The notes under the pieces: model-generated
Told to the model about the DNA's origin: nothing
The model's database searches: none
The model's input: only the letters and a program-made list of their open reading frames with translations
Made by a program: the position numbers and the translations under genes
In this document: in pieces, positions 46,450-56,420 of the stretch
Layout of the letters: every line of letters starts with the position of its first letter
How positions within the stretch are numbered: position 1 is the stretch's first letter
Source: an uncultured bacterium
Lineage (GTDB): Bacteria > Oederibacteriota > Muellerivitia > Muellerivitales > Muellerivitaceae
DNA: 64,000 bases
Reading direction: 5' to 3'
NCBI GenBank assembly: GCA_964525605.1
Contig: CAZGKT010000005.1
Location: forward strand, 9,122-73,121

Positions 46450-49400
46450 TTGACCGACCAGCGGTTCGAATATTACGCTTTCATCAGCTACAGCCACAAG
46501 GACGAGAAATGGGCCCAGTGGCTTCATCGAAAGCTCGAAAGCTATCGGCTGCCCAACACCGTCCGCAAGGAACTGGGCGAGAACTTGCCCAAGCCCCCCT
46601 ACAAGGTCTTCCGCGACGTCACCGACCTGGGGATCGGCGCCCTACGGGAAAATCTCCACCAGGAACTGGAGGAATCCCGCTTCCTGATCGTCATCTGCTC
46701 CCCCAACTCGGCCCGGCCCAACGACGAGGGCAAGCATTGGGTGAACGACGAGATCAAGAAATTCATCGACATGGGGCGCATCGACCGCGTCGTTCCCTTC
46801 ATCGTGGGGGGCACCCCTTTTTCCCATGATCCGCTCCAGGAATGCCTTCCCCCTGCTCTCAAAGAGAACAACATCCTCGGGACCAACGTGGCGGTGGCCG
46901 GTAAAGAATCCGCTTTCGTGCATGTGGTGGCGAAGATCCTGGGCCTCAAGTTCGACCATCTCTATCAGCGCCACCTGCGGGCCGAGCGCAAAAAAAAATG
47001 GCTCCTGGGCGCGGTTGTGGCTGTTCTGCTGGCCCTTCTGGGGGTCTTCGTCGATTACGAACGAACCCAGACGGCCTATTACGCCGACTATGTGGAAAAA
47101 TATTGCGTGCCCCAGGGCCTCTTCCCCCTCACGAAGGACCAGGTGGGCCGCCGGGCCCAATCGTGGAAATTCATCTCCCGCCATTGGAAGGTCGCTTCCG
47201 TCTCCCGGGTGAACGCCTTCGGGACGGTGAGGGCCGCGGACGACGCGATCGAGGATCCCCGGCCATGCCTGATGAAATATTTTTACCGGGATAACGGCAC
47301 GGTGGACCGGGTCGAGGTTTGCGATGACCAGGGAAAGACACAGGTCATCCGGGCCCTATCGGCCGACCTGAATTTCATTTCCTTTAAGGACGCCTCCGGC
47401 CATGGGGAACAGATGGGGGAAACCCTGGCCGTCCAGAAGCCCTCGGATACGGACAACACGATCGCGAGCAACACGGTGGCCGGCTGGGAACTGGTTTACG
47501 GGCTCGACGGCACCACCCGCGAGATCCACTACCGGAACAGTTTCAACCAGCCGGCGGCCGACTCGAACGGCCTTTACGGGGAGCGAACCACCTACACGGC
47601 CCAGGGCCAGCTCCAGGCCCTCCAGTTCCTGGATGACAAGGGTGCCGTCATGTCCATCGCGGGCGGGCTGGCGGGCAAAAGCATCCGCTACGACCCCCCG
47701 GCGAATGGGAAATTCCTGGGGAGTCCCACCCACATCACCTGGCAGAACGCGCATGGGACGGAATGGCCGAGCCAGAACAACGTGGCCGAGGAAACGGACC
47801 AATACGACGCCTATGGGAACGTCACGCAGAAGGATTATTTCGACGTCCATTCCAACCCCGTGACCTGCGCGGAGGGCTACGAGCGAGTCCTGATGCGCTA
47901 CGACGACCATGGGGACATCCTCGAATGGGATTACCAGACCCATGGGGGCCTCCCCATGCTCAACAAGCACGGCTTCGCCAAGGTCACCGAGCGGTACGAC
48001 GCCCGGGGGTTGTATGCCGAAGGGATGGGATACGGGATGGACGGGAAACCCGCCTATTCGGAGGATTACGGCTGGTCCGAGATCAGGGTGCAGCGGGACG
48101 CGACGGGCCGACAGGTGGAAGCCGCCTATTTCGGGGTCGACCAGAAACCCTGTTTGAGCGCAAATGGATACGCCCGCGCCACCTCCCGCTACGACGCCGG
48201 GGGCAAGATCACCGATTACGCCGTCTTCGGCGTGGACGGCAAGCCCATCCTGGGGAAGGACGCCTACGCCCGGCTGACCGCCCGCTACGATTCGCGGGAG
48301 CTGTTGCTGGAAGCCGATTATTTCGGCGCGAAGGGCGAACCCGTCCTCATGGGCGACGGCTACGCCAAATGGACCAACCAGTACGACGCCATGGGCCGGC
48401 TGACCCAGGCGGACTTTTTCGGCGTGGACGGGAAGGGCTGTCTCACCACGGACGGCTACGCGCGCGTGACCCGCAAGTACGACGAACGGGGACATGTGGT
48501 GGAGGAAGTCTACCTGGGCACGGACGGCCAGCCGGTGCTCGATAAGGACGGCTATGCCCGGATCGATTACGCCTATGACGACCACGGCAACTGGACCGGG
48601 TGCAAAACCTACGGCACGGACGGCCAGTTGATCAACATCAAGGACGGCTATGCTACCTGGGAGGCCCAGTTCGACGCCTACGGCCACAAGGTCCGCATGG
48701 CCTACTTCGACAGCGCGGGGAAACCGGTGGTGAGTACCCAGAACCGGTTCGCCGCCCAAACCGCCCAATGCGACGACGCGGGCAATTTGACCGGGGTTGC
48801 GAACTTCGGGGCGGACGGGAAACCCATGATCGGGATCTACGGCTACGCTAGCTACGCCAAGAAATTCGACGCCCGGGGCAACGCCACCGAGGTCTCCTAT
48901 TTCGGCGTGGACGGCCAGCCCATGGCCTTCGGCGCCGCCGGTTACGCCCGCATGACCCGCACCTACGACGACCGGGGTTATGTCACGGAGGAAAGCACCT
49001 TCGGGACGGACGGCAAACCCTTCGTCAACGACCAGGGATATTCCCGCAAAACCGACCAGTACGACACGAACGGATTCATCACCGAGGAGGCGGTTTACGG
49101 GGCGGACGGGAACCCCATCCTGCTGAAGGACCATGTTTACTCCAAATGGACTGCCCAGTACGACGGCCACGGCAACCAGACCGACCACGCCTATTTCGGC
49201 GCCGACGGCAAGCCGGTCACGATCGACGCGGGCTACGCGCGCGTGACAGACAGCTACGACGAGCATGGGAGGGAAACGGCGGAAGCCTATTACGGGCTGG
49301 ATGGGAAGCCCACGTTGATCACCGATGGCTACGCCAGCCTCGCCTATCTGTACGACGCCAAGGGTTACAAAACCGAGGAGGCCTTTTTCGGCATTGACGG

Positions 49401-50406
49401 CAAACCCATCGTGCCTCCCAACAGCTACGCAAAGATCGACTATCAATACGACGACCATGGCTACATGACCGGCATCACGCTATTTGGGACGGATGGAAAA
49501 CCCGTGGTCGGGAGCAACGGTTACGCCCGAAAGACCACGCGCTATAACGCTCAGGGCCAGGAACTGGAAGTGGACACGTTCGGGGTCGACGGCAAACCCA
49601 TCATGAATGATGGCTACGCGCGGTTTACGGACCAATACGATGCGGCGGGAAACGAGACCGAAAGGGCCTATTTCGGGGTGGGGGGAGAACCCGTTACGCT
49701 GGCCGGTGGCGGGGGATATGCCCGCGAAACGATGAAATATGACGATCAGCGGCGCATAGTCGAGCAGGCCTATTTCGGCGTTGACGGCAAGCCTTTCGTG
49801 ATCGAGGCGGGTTTCGCGCGGGAGACCATGAAATACGACGCGAAGGGCCATGTCCTCGAATGGGATTATTTCGGGCCGGACGGGAACCCCATGAACTGTC
49901 TGAAGGGCTACGCGCGTTTTCTTTGCCAGTACGACGACAACGGAAATGTCACCGAACAATCGGCCTTCGGCGTGGGCGGAAAACCCATCGTCTCAAAAGA
50001 GGGCTTTGTCCGGGTGACCGACCAATATGATGCGAACGGCAACAAAATCGTTGAGGCTTATTACGGGGTCAATGGAAAGCCCATGATCGACAAGACATGG
50101 GGCTGTGCGAGATGGACTGCTAAATATGACGAACGGGGCTATAACCTTGAAAGGGATTATTTTGGCGTTAAGGATAAACTAGTTCTAAACATCGAAGGAT
50201 ATGCTCGTGTCGTTAAAAAATACGACGCGCGAGAAAATGAGGTGGAAGAAGATTTTTTTGGTGTGCGGGGCACGCCTGTTCTATCTAAAAAGGGGTTCTC
50301 AAAAAAGAAGATCTTGTATGACAATGCGGGAAACAAAATCAAGGTAGAATATTTCGGAAAAAACGGAAAACCGGTTCATCCCAAGGACGTTTCTGACAAC
50401 GGTTGA
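46450..50406 (+). CDS. TIR-domain protein with one TM helix and ~25 tandem 38-aa YD-like repeats (1318 aa)
   Basis: N-terminal 'YYAFISYSHKDEKWAQWL...FLIVICSP...WVNDEIKKF' is a TIR-fold signature. A TM helix 'WLLGAVVAVLLALLGVFV' lies near aa 185. From about aa 450 the protein is periodic 'YFGxDGKPxxxxxGYARxTxxYDxxGNxTE'. TTG start. Confidence 0.8.
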   Translation: MTDQRFEYYAFISYSHKDEKWAQWLHRKLESYRLPNTVRKELGENLPKPPYKVFRDVTDLGIGALRENLHQELEESRFLIVICSPNSARPNDEGKHWVNDEIKKFIDMGRIDRVVPFIVGGTPFSHDPLQECLPPALKENNILGTNVAVAGKESAFVHVVAKILGLKFDHLYQRHLRAERKKKWLLGAVVAVLLALLGVFVDYERTQTAYYADYVEKYCVPQGLFPLTKDQVGRRAQSWKFISRHWKVASVSRVNAFGTVRAADDAIEDPRPCLMKYFYRDNGTVDRVEVCDDQGKTQVIRALSADLNFISFKDASGHGEQMGETLAVQKPSDTDNTIASNTVAGWELVYGLDGTTREIHYRNSFNQPAADSNGLYGERTTYTAQGQLQALQFLDDKGAVMSIAGGLAGKSIRYDPPANGKFLGSPTHITWQNAHGTEWPSQNNVAEETDQYDAYGNVTQKDYFDVHSNPVTCAEGYERVLMRYDDHGDILEWDYQTHGGLPMLNKHGFAKVTERYDARGLYAEGMGYGMDGKPAYSEDYGWSEIRVQRDATGRQVEAAYFGVDQKPCLSANGYARATSRYDAGGKITDYAVFGVDGKPILGKDAYARLTARYDSRELLLEADYFGAKGEPVLMGDGYAKWTNQYDAMGRLTQADFFGVDGKGCLTTDGYARVTRKYDERGHVVEEVYLGTDGQPVLDKDGYARIDYAYDDHGNWTGCKTYGTDGQLINIKDGYATWEAQFDAYGHKVRMAYFDSAGKPVVSTQNRFAAQTAQCDDAGNLTGVANFGADGKPMIGIYGYASYAKKFDARGNATEVSYFGVDGQPMAFGAAGYARMTRTYDDRGYVTEESTFGTDGKPFVNDQGYSRKTDQYDTNGFITEEAVYGADGNPILLKDHVYSKWTAQYDGHGNQTDHAYFGADGKPVTIDAGYARVTDSYDEHGRETAEAYYGLDGKPTLITDGYASLAYLYDAKGYKTEEAFFGIDGKPIVPPNSYAKIDYQYDDHGYMTGITLFGTDGKPVVGSNGYARKTTRYNAQGQELEVDTFGVDGKPIMNDGYARFTDQYDAAGNETERAYFGVGGEPVTLAGGGGYARETMKYDDQRRIVEQAYFGVDGKPFVIEAGFARETMKYDAKGHVLEWDYFGPDGNPMNCLKGYARFLCQYDDNGNVTEQSAFGVGGKPIVSKEGFVRVTDQYDANGNKIVEAYYGVNGKPMIDKTWGCARWTAKYDERGYNLERDYFGVKDKLVLNIEGYARVVKKYDARENEVEEDFFGVRGTPVLSKKGFSKKKILYDNAGNKIKVEYFGKNGKPVHPKDVSDNG

Positions 50407-50499
50407 GGCTGATCCTAGCTGAAAGATAAGACCTGCTCCACATTGCGGTATGGGATGCGAGTTGGATGGGTCGGAAAAAAACGAATATCGGGGTGATAA

Positions 50500-51633
50500 A
50501 TGGTTTCTAGCGAACCGAATCTGGCGAGCTGGATGAAAGAAGAGGCCCTTCCCCTTTGGGCGGAACGGGGCGTGGACCGCCAAAAGGGCGGTTTCGTGGA
50601 AGAACTGAATCAGGATGGTAGCCCCTCCAGTGTGGCCTTCAAACGGGTGCGGGTTCAGGGCCGCCAGCTTTTCTCTTTCTCGATCGCCGCGATCCTGGGG
50701 TGGAACAAAGACGCGGCCCGGATCGCCGACCTGGGTTTTGAATATCTCAAGACCCGTTGCCGGGGCAAGGATGGCGTCTGGGTCAAAAAGCTTTCCCGGG
50801 ATGGGGCCATCCTCGACTCCCAGCTTGACCTCTATGACACCGCCTTCATCGTGCTGGGGCTCATCACCTATTACCGACTGACCAAGAATTCCGAAGCCCT
50901 GGCGCTGGTCGAGGATACCCTCCGCATGGTCCAAACCCATCTGGCCGCGGACTCGCCCGCCGGTTACCGCCAATTGATCGCCGAAAAGGACATTTTGCGC
51001 CAGAACCCGAACATGCATTGGTTTGAGTGCATGCTTTTCTGCTACGAGGCTACTCAGGATTCACGGTTCCTTGCAGAGGTTTCAAAGTTCTACAAACGCA
51101 TGGAAGATTCGGTCATCGACGGGAAAACGGGAGCCTTGCGTGAGATCTTCGACAACCAATGGAAGCCGATTCGGGAAGGCGGAAAGATTCTGGTGGAGCC
51201 GGGGCACCATTACGAATGGGCCTGGTTGTTCAACCGGGCCTCGAGCAAAATCGCTGTGAATCCGGACCTAATCACAAGAATCGCGGGTTTCGCCGACAGG
51301 TACGGGGTAAATGCCCAGACTGGTCTCGTCTATGACCAGGTGAGCGACCAGGGGGAACTAACCCAATCCACCCACCGCCTCTGGGTGCAGACGGAAGCCC
51401 TCAAGGCTTGGTTGGTGCGTCCCGATGTGGGAGAAGCGGCCCGGATTCAACGCATCAAGCAGATCGAATCGAACCTGTTGAAATACTATCTCACCCGCGA
51501 GCCGAAGGGCTCCTGGAGCGACCGGCTGGATTCGGACGGGCGGTGTCATCCCGGCCCAATTCCCGCCAGCTCGATGTACCACATCATGGTCTGCGTGACA
51601 GAGTTTGCGGCCTGGCGGACGGCTCAAGCCTAA
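50500..51633 (+). CDS. N-acylglucosamine 2-epimerase (AGE)-family sugar isomerase/epimerase
   Basis: 'HHYEWAWLF' and 'RLWVQTEALKAWL' match conserved AGE / alpha6-alpha6 barrel motifs. Confidence 0.65.
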   Translation: MVSSEPNLASWMKEEALPLWAERGVDRQKGGFVEELNQDGSPSSVAFKRVRVQGRQLFSFSIAAILGWNKDAARIADLGFEYLKTRCRGKDGVWVKKLSRDGAILDSQLDLYDTAFIVLGLITYYRLTKNSEALALVEDTLRMVQTHLAADSPAGYRQLIAEKDILRQNPNMHWFECMLFCYEATQDSRFLAEVSKFYKRMEDSVIDGKTGALREIFDNQWKPIREGGKILVEPGHHYEWAWLFNRASSKIAVNPDLITRIAGFADRYGVNAQTGLVYDQVSDQGELTQSTHRLWVQTEALKAWLVRPDVGEAARIQRIKQIESNLLKYYLTREPKGSWSDRLDSDGRCHPGPIPASSMYHIMVCVTEFAAWRTAQA

Positions 51634-51670
51634 CGGTGTGGTTCATGAATTTAAATGAAAGTTGGTTTGA

Positions 51671-52255
51671 ATGCCCGGGAAAATAAAAAGTATTTGCGTC
51701 AATTGTGCCTCCAGCCCGGGAGCCCAACCTGAATATCTCGAAGCCTCCCGTGCGTTGGGGAAGGTGTTGGCCCAACAGGGATTAACGCTCGTCTATGGCG
51801 GTGCCAATGTGGGACTGATGGGCGAAGTGGCTGACGCGGTCTTGAACAACGGGGGCCGGGTGGTGGGGGTCATTACCGAGAAACTTAATGAAAAGGTCGG
51901 GCACCAAGGGCTTCAAGAACTTCACGTCGTTTCCACCATGCATGAAAGAAAAACCAAGATGTTCGAATTGTCCGACGGTTTCATCGCCATGCCCGGGGGC
52001 ATTGGAACACTTGAAGAAGTGACGGAAGTATTGACCTGGGCTCAGTTGGGCCTGCATACCAAGCCGGTCGGCTTTTTGAACATCCGGGCTTATTACGACC
52101 CCTTGATGAAATTCTTGGATCATGCCGTTAATGAGCGTTTCTTGAGATCGGAAAACATGAGAATGATTTTGATGTCTCCCGATCCGGTTCAACTTCTCGT
52201 GGAAATGGAAGCCTATGTACCATCCCCGGTTGAAAAATGGATGGACCGCAGGTAA
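51671..52255 (+). CDS. LOG-family nucleotide 5'-monophosphate phosphoribohydrolase
   Basis: 'LVYGGANVGLMG' and 'PGGIGTLEEVTEVLTWAQLG' are the TIGR00730/LOG signature. Confidence 0.8.
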   Translation: MPGKIKSICVNCASSPGAQPEYLEASRALGKVLAQQGLTLVYGGANVGLMGEVADAVLNNGGRVVGVITEKLNEKVGHQGLQELHVVSTMHERKTKMFELSDGFIAMPGGIGTLEEVTEVLTWAQLGLHTKPVGFLNIRAYYDPLMKFLDHAVNERFLRSENMRMILMSPDPVQLLVEMEAYVPSPVEKWMDRR

Positions 52256-52302
52256 CTCTCAAAAGCCTATTCCCAAAACCCGATACTTTGTGAAAAATAA
52301 AA

Positions 52303-52340
52303 AAGGCCTTCCCGTGAACAGGGAAAGCCTTTTTTATTTA
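52303..52340. terminator. Bidirectional rho-independent terminator
   Basis: AGGCCTTCCCG-tgaac-AGGGAAAGCCT followed by TTTTTTATTT, flanked by A-runs, between convergent genes. Confidence 0.55.
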
Positions 52341-52360
52341 TAAGCGACGGATAAACCCTT

Positions 52361-52909
52361 TTACCCTTTGCGGGGGGGATTATTCTTGTTGGAACTCTTG
52401 GGGGCTAGAACATCACGCGCTTGTTCTCCGCCCTTTCCCGCAGGGGGGGGAGGTGGAGGAGGAGGCGGTCTCAGACCTGCTGATCCACCCGTGTTGTTTT
52501 GCGAGGGCGGTAGATCGTCATCCCCTTTCTTCATCTTCGACCAGGCCCATCGTCCTCCCAGGATCAGGAGAATGAGGAGAAGAAGCCAAAGCCACCAATT
52601 GCCGCCCAGCATCGACGTCGGGGCGGGGGTGGGAACGGGGGTTGGAGCCGAAACGACCGCCACCGTCGGGGTCGCTAGGGCCGGGACCTGGGTGACGGCG
52701 GCCGTGTTGTCCGATGAACCGTGTTTCGCATGGTGGTTCTTGCCATGGCCCGAATCCGCTATTTCCGTTGGGAGTGGAGTCGGGTCGGCATTCAACATGG
52801 TTGTGGGTTGCGGCTCGGTGCGGACATGACTCTGGTTACAGGCGGGCAAAAGCAGGGCGCCGGCTCCCAGGAAGATCGACGAGCATAAAACGGCGAAGAT
52901 TCGGTTCAT
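52361..52909 (-). CDS. Pro-rich membrane protein
   Basis: Signal/lipobox-like N-terminus (LLLPACN), a Pro/Thr/Ala linker, a TM helix 'WWLWLLLLILLILGG' and a PPPPPPPPP tract. Confidence 0.4.
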   Translation of the reverse strand: MNRIFAVLCSSIFLGAGALLLPACNQSHVRTEPQPTTMLNADPTPLPTEIADSGHGKNHHAKHGSSDNTAAVTQVPALATPTVAVVSAPTPVPTPAPTSMLGGNWWLWLLLLILLILGGRWAWSKMKKGDDDLPPSQNNTGGSAGLRPPPPPPPPPAGKGGEQARDVLAPKSSNKNNPPRKG

Positions 52910-53100
52910 GGGGCTCCTTCATTTCTTGGCATGTAAAACGACCGACGGGCAGATACCGAGTCACCAATTATTGTGGACCGGGCGCCAAAATCAAACCTTT
53001 TTATCAACCCTTTTTGGCCCGTAAACCGAAAACCGAAAGAAGAAAGCAGGCTTGTCTTCGTTCTGATAAGCTTTTCCCGTATGACCCGGGGAGACAAACC

Positions 53101-56061
53101 ATGAGCGACCAGCGTTTTGAGTATTACGCCTTCATCAGCTACAGCCACAAAGACGAGAAATGGGCCAAGTGGCTTCACCAGAGGCTGGAGGCCTACAAAC
53201 TTCCCAACACGATCCGCAAAGAACTGGGCGATAACGTCCCCAAGCCACCCTACAAGGTTTTTCGCGATGTCACCGATCTGGGAGTGGGTGCCCTCAAGGA
53301 AAATCTGAGCCGCGAACTGGAAGACTCCCGTTTTCTTATCGTCGTTTGTTCCCCCCACTCGGCCAAACCTAACGCGGAGGGCAAGCACTGGGTCAACGAC
53401 GAGATCACGAAATTCATCGAGATGGGGCGCCTCGACCGGATTGTGCCTTTTATCGTGGATGGCACGGCCTTCTCTACCGACCCGAACCAAGAATGCCTCC
53501 CGCCCGCCGTCAAGGAGAACAACATCCTCGGCACCAGCGTGGCCGTCGGGGGCAGGGAGCAGGCGTTCATCCACGTGGTGGCGAAGATCCTAGGGCTCAA
53601 GTTCGACCAACTCTACCAGAGGCATCTTCGCGCGGAACGCAAAAAAAAGTGGCTTCAGGCGGCCGCGACGCTCCTGGTCCTGGGGCTGTTGGGATTGGGA
53701 GCGGATTACGAGCGGGTGAAGACCGCCTATTTCGCCGACTATGTGGAAAAATATTACGCGCCCCAGGGCATTCTGCCCCTTAAACCCGAACAAGTTCAGC
53801 ACCGCAACCAATCGTGGAAATTTTCCTACCACCACTGGAAGGTCGTTTCGGTGGCCTGCGTCAACTCGGCCGGTACCTTGATGGACCCTGGAAGTTCGGG
53901 CCCGAGGAACAACGCGCCGATGATCAAGATCATTCCCCGCGCTCCCATGACCCGGATTTATTACCGGGACAACGGCGCGGTGGAGCGCCTCGAGGAATTT
54001 GACCTGAACGGCAACGCGGTCCGGACCAAAAACATCGCCTCGGACATGAAGTTCGAGTCGTTCAAGGATCCGGCGGGCCACGGGGTTCAGCTGGGGGGGA
54101 GCGTGCAGGTGGGTTCCAGCCCCGGTTCTTCCAACGATCATTCCAAAAATATCGTCGCGGGGTGGGAAGTCACGTTTCAGCCTGACGGCAAAATCGACAC
54201 GCTTCAGTACAAAAGCAGTTTCAATGCTCCCGCCTGCGACCTCAACGGCATCTTCGGCCAGCGCACCACTTACACGTCCCCGGGACAGGTGCAGAGCATC
54301 CAGAACCTGGACGCCGAGGGAAAACCGGCGCTGGACGCATACGGCTCCACCGGCGTGAGCTTCAAATATGACGGCCAGGGTAATCTGCAGGACACCGCCT
54401 GGCAGTTCAGTTCCACTTCCACCCGGCTGAACTCCTTCGGGTTCGCCGAGGAAAAAGACGCCTTCGACCCCGATGGAAACGTGCTGGTGAAGGCCTTTTA
54501 CGACGCGTACGGCCAGCCGGTGACGAACATGGACGGCATCGCGAAAGCCACGTTCAAGTACGACGGGCGGGGCAACCGGACGGAGGGGGTCGACTACGGA
54601 CAAGACCCGGGAACCGCCGGGGGCAACACAGCCCTGATCCTCAGCTGGAAGGCCCAATACGATGCCCGGGGATATGAGACTCAATTCGTGCTTTACGACA
54701 AGGATGTGGAGCAATATGTCCGCACGGACCAGTATGACGCGCGCGGCAACCTGACGGGGGAGGCCTATTTCGGGCCGGACGGCAAACCGGTGTGGCACAA
54801 CGACAGCTACTCGAGATGGGTAGGCCAATATGATGAACGCGGAAAGGAAATATCGGAAAGCTATTTCGGCGTGGATGAAAAACCGGTGCTCGGCAAGGAT
54901 GGGTACGCGCAAATTCGGTACCTCGACGACGAAAACGGCAATGAAACAGGGGAAAGTTACTGGGGCGTGGATGGGAAACCCGTGACCTGTCAGCAAGGCT
55001 ACGCCCGGTGCGACATCAAGCGTGATGAGCGCGGTAACGGGGTGGAATGGAAATACTATGGAATCGACGGGAATCTCATTGAGAATGCCCTCGGTTATGC
55101 GCGGGTCACCAAAAAATATGACGAAAGCGGCCATGAATTGGAATGGGCCTGTTGGGGCGAAAACGGCGATCCGGTTTTATGCCGGGACGGGTACGCTCAA
55201 ATCACCACCCAGTACGATGAGAGTGGCCATCTGGTGGATTGGGCCAGCTGGGGCCTGAAGGGGGAACCGGCAATCTGCAAGAGTAACGGTTACGCCCGCA
55301 TGACGAAAAAATACGACGTCCAGGGCAATGAGATCGAGGAGGCCTATTTCGGGTTGAGTGGAAAGCCCATGTTGAATTCACAATACGGGGACGCGAAATG
55401 GACGGCCCAGTATGACAAGTGGGGTCATGAGACCCTCTTGGCCTATTACGGCACCCGGGGCCAACTGGTGATGGGCCCCTATGGTTACGCCAAAACACTA
55501 TCCGTATTCGATGAAAGCGGCCAGCAAATCGAATGGGAAATTGACGGATCGGATGGGAAGCTTTTACTGGACAAAAAACGCGGATACGCGAAATGGACCC
55601 AGAAATACGACGGAAAGCACAACCTGATTGAGACAGCCTATTGGGGGGCCAAAGACCAGCTGGTCTTGGGCCCGGACGAATGCGCCCGATGGACCCAGAC
55701 CTACGATGATCGGGGCAATGTGACCGAAACCGACTACTTCGGGGTGAGGGACCAGCTGATCCTGGGCCCGGATGGCTACGCGAAAATCATCGCCCAGTGG
55801 GACCCGAACAATGATGAAATCGCGGCCCAGTTGTACGGCGTCAACGGGAAGCCGATGATCGGGCCCAAGGGATACGCGAGCTGGACTGCTCGGTACGACG
55901 CGCGCCACAACGATTTGGAGTGGGCGTGCTTTGGCCTAAAAGGTGAACCGGTGGAAGACAAGGATGGATTGGCGAGATGGACCGCCACCTACGATGATCA
56001 AGGAAAAGCTCTGACGGTGCAAAAATACAACGCGGACGGGAACCAGATCCAAGCTTATTGA
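53101..56061 (+). CDS. TIR-domain protein with one TM helix and YD-like repeats, paralog 2 (986 aa)
   Basis: The first ~220 aa are about 80% identical to 46450-50406 ('MSDQRFEYYAFISYSHKDEKWAKWL...'), including the same TM helix position. The C-terminal repeats are of the same type but divergent in sequence and number. Confidence 0.8.
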   Translation: MSDQRFEYYAFISYSHKDEKWAKWLHQRLEAYKLPNTIRKELGDNVPKPPYKVFRDVTDLGVGALKENLSRELEDSRFLIVVCSPHSAKPNAEGKHWVNDEITKFIEMGRLDRIVPFIVDGTAFSTDPNQECLPPAVKENNILGTSVAVGGREQAFIHVVAKILGLKFDQLYQRHLRAERKKKWLQAAATLLVLGLLGLGADYERVKTAYFADYVEKYYAPQGILPLKPEQVQHRNQSWKFSYHHWKVVSVACVNSAGTLMDPGSSGPRNNAPMIKIIPRAPMTRIYYRDNGAVERLEEFDLNGNAVRTKNIASDMKFESFKDPAGHGVQLGGSVQVGSSPGSSNDHSKNIVAGWEVTFQPDGKIDTLQYKSSFNAPACDLNGIFGQRTTYTSPGQVQSIQNLDAEGKPALDAYGSTGVSFKYDGQGNLQDTAWQFSSTSTRLNSFGFAEEKDAFDPDGNVLVKAFYDAYGQPVTNMDGIAKATFKYDGRGNRTEGVDYGQDPGTAGGNTALILSWKAQYDARGYETQFVLYDKDVEQYVRTDQYDARGNLTGEAYFGPDGKPVWHNDSYSRWVGQYDERGKEISESYFGVDEKPVLGKDGYAQIRYLDDENGNETGESYWGVDGKPVTCQQGYARCDIKRDERGNGVEWKYYGIDGNLIENALGYARVTKKYDESGHELEWACWGENGDPVLCRDGYAQITTQYDESGHLVDWASWGLKGEPAICKSNGYARMTKKYDVQGNEIEEAYFGLSGKPMLNSQYGDAKWTAQYDKWGHETLLAYYGTRGQLVMGPYGYAKTLSVFDESGQQIEWEIDGSDGKLLLDKKRGYAKWTQKYDGKHNLIETAYWGAKDQLVLGPDECARWTQTYDDRGNVTETDYFGVRDQLILGPDGYAKIIAQWDPNNDEIAAQLYGVNGKPMIGPKGYASWTARYDARHNDLEWACFGLKGEPVEDKDGLARWTATYDDQGKALTVQKYNADGNQIQAY

Positions 56062-56420
56062 ACGGTTCTTTTGGGGCGGCTTTTTTGGTAAAGGAATAGG
56101 TTTAGGATATTTCGATCCTTTTCTTTCATGGGCCTGAATTGAAGACCCAACCCCGTATCGGTGGACCAGACCACATCGCCAAAAATCGAGAGTGGGGGGA
56201 GTCCGGGCAGGGTGATTTCAAGCGACAGCACGGTGCCGACCTCCAGCGCCATATCCGCGAGGAGAAAAACACCGCTCAAGCTTACGTCCAGCGTCTTGGT
56301 GACTCTGGGCGTTTTTCGGTGTTGGGGAATCGATTTGGGATTCGAGGGGTTCTCGACCACTTGATATTGAACCGGCACATTGACCGAGATCCGGGGATGA
56401 ATTCTTTTTTCCAGGTGCAT
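56055..56420 (-). CDS. PilZ-domain (c-di-GMP-binding) protein
   Basis: 'RIHPRISV' (RxxxR) and 'DVSLSGVFL' (DxSxGG) are the PilZ motifs. Confidence 0.6.
   Translation of the reverse strand: MHLEKRIHPRISVNVPVQYQVVENPSNPKSIPQHRKTPRVTKTLDVSLSGVFLLADMALEVGTVLSLEITLPGLPPLSIFGDVVWSTDTGLGLQFRPMKEKDRNILNLFLYQKSRPKRTVQ

Noticed and set aside
47356-49458. 700-aa ORF antisense to the TIR-1 repeat region (also 53590-55134 antisense to TIR-2)
   Set aside because: Shadow ORFs created by the GC-rich, codon-periodic repeat DNA. The sense strand encodes the coherent TIR-repeat protein, and the antisense ORFs have no signal or family.
52714-53100. Upstream extension of the TIR-2 ORF starting at 52714
   Set aside because: It overlaps the Pro-rich gene on the other strand. 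The homologous start 'MSDQRFEYY' at 53101 matches TIR-1 exactly.
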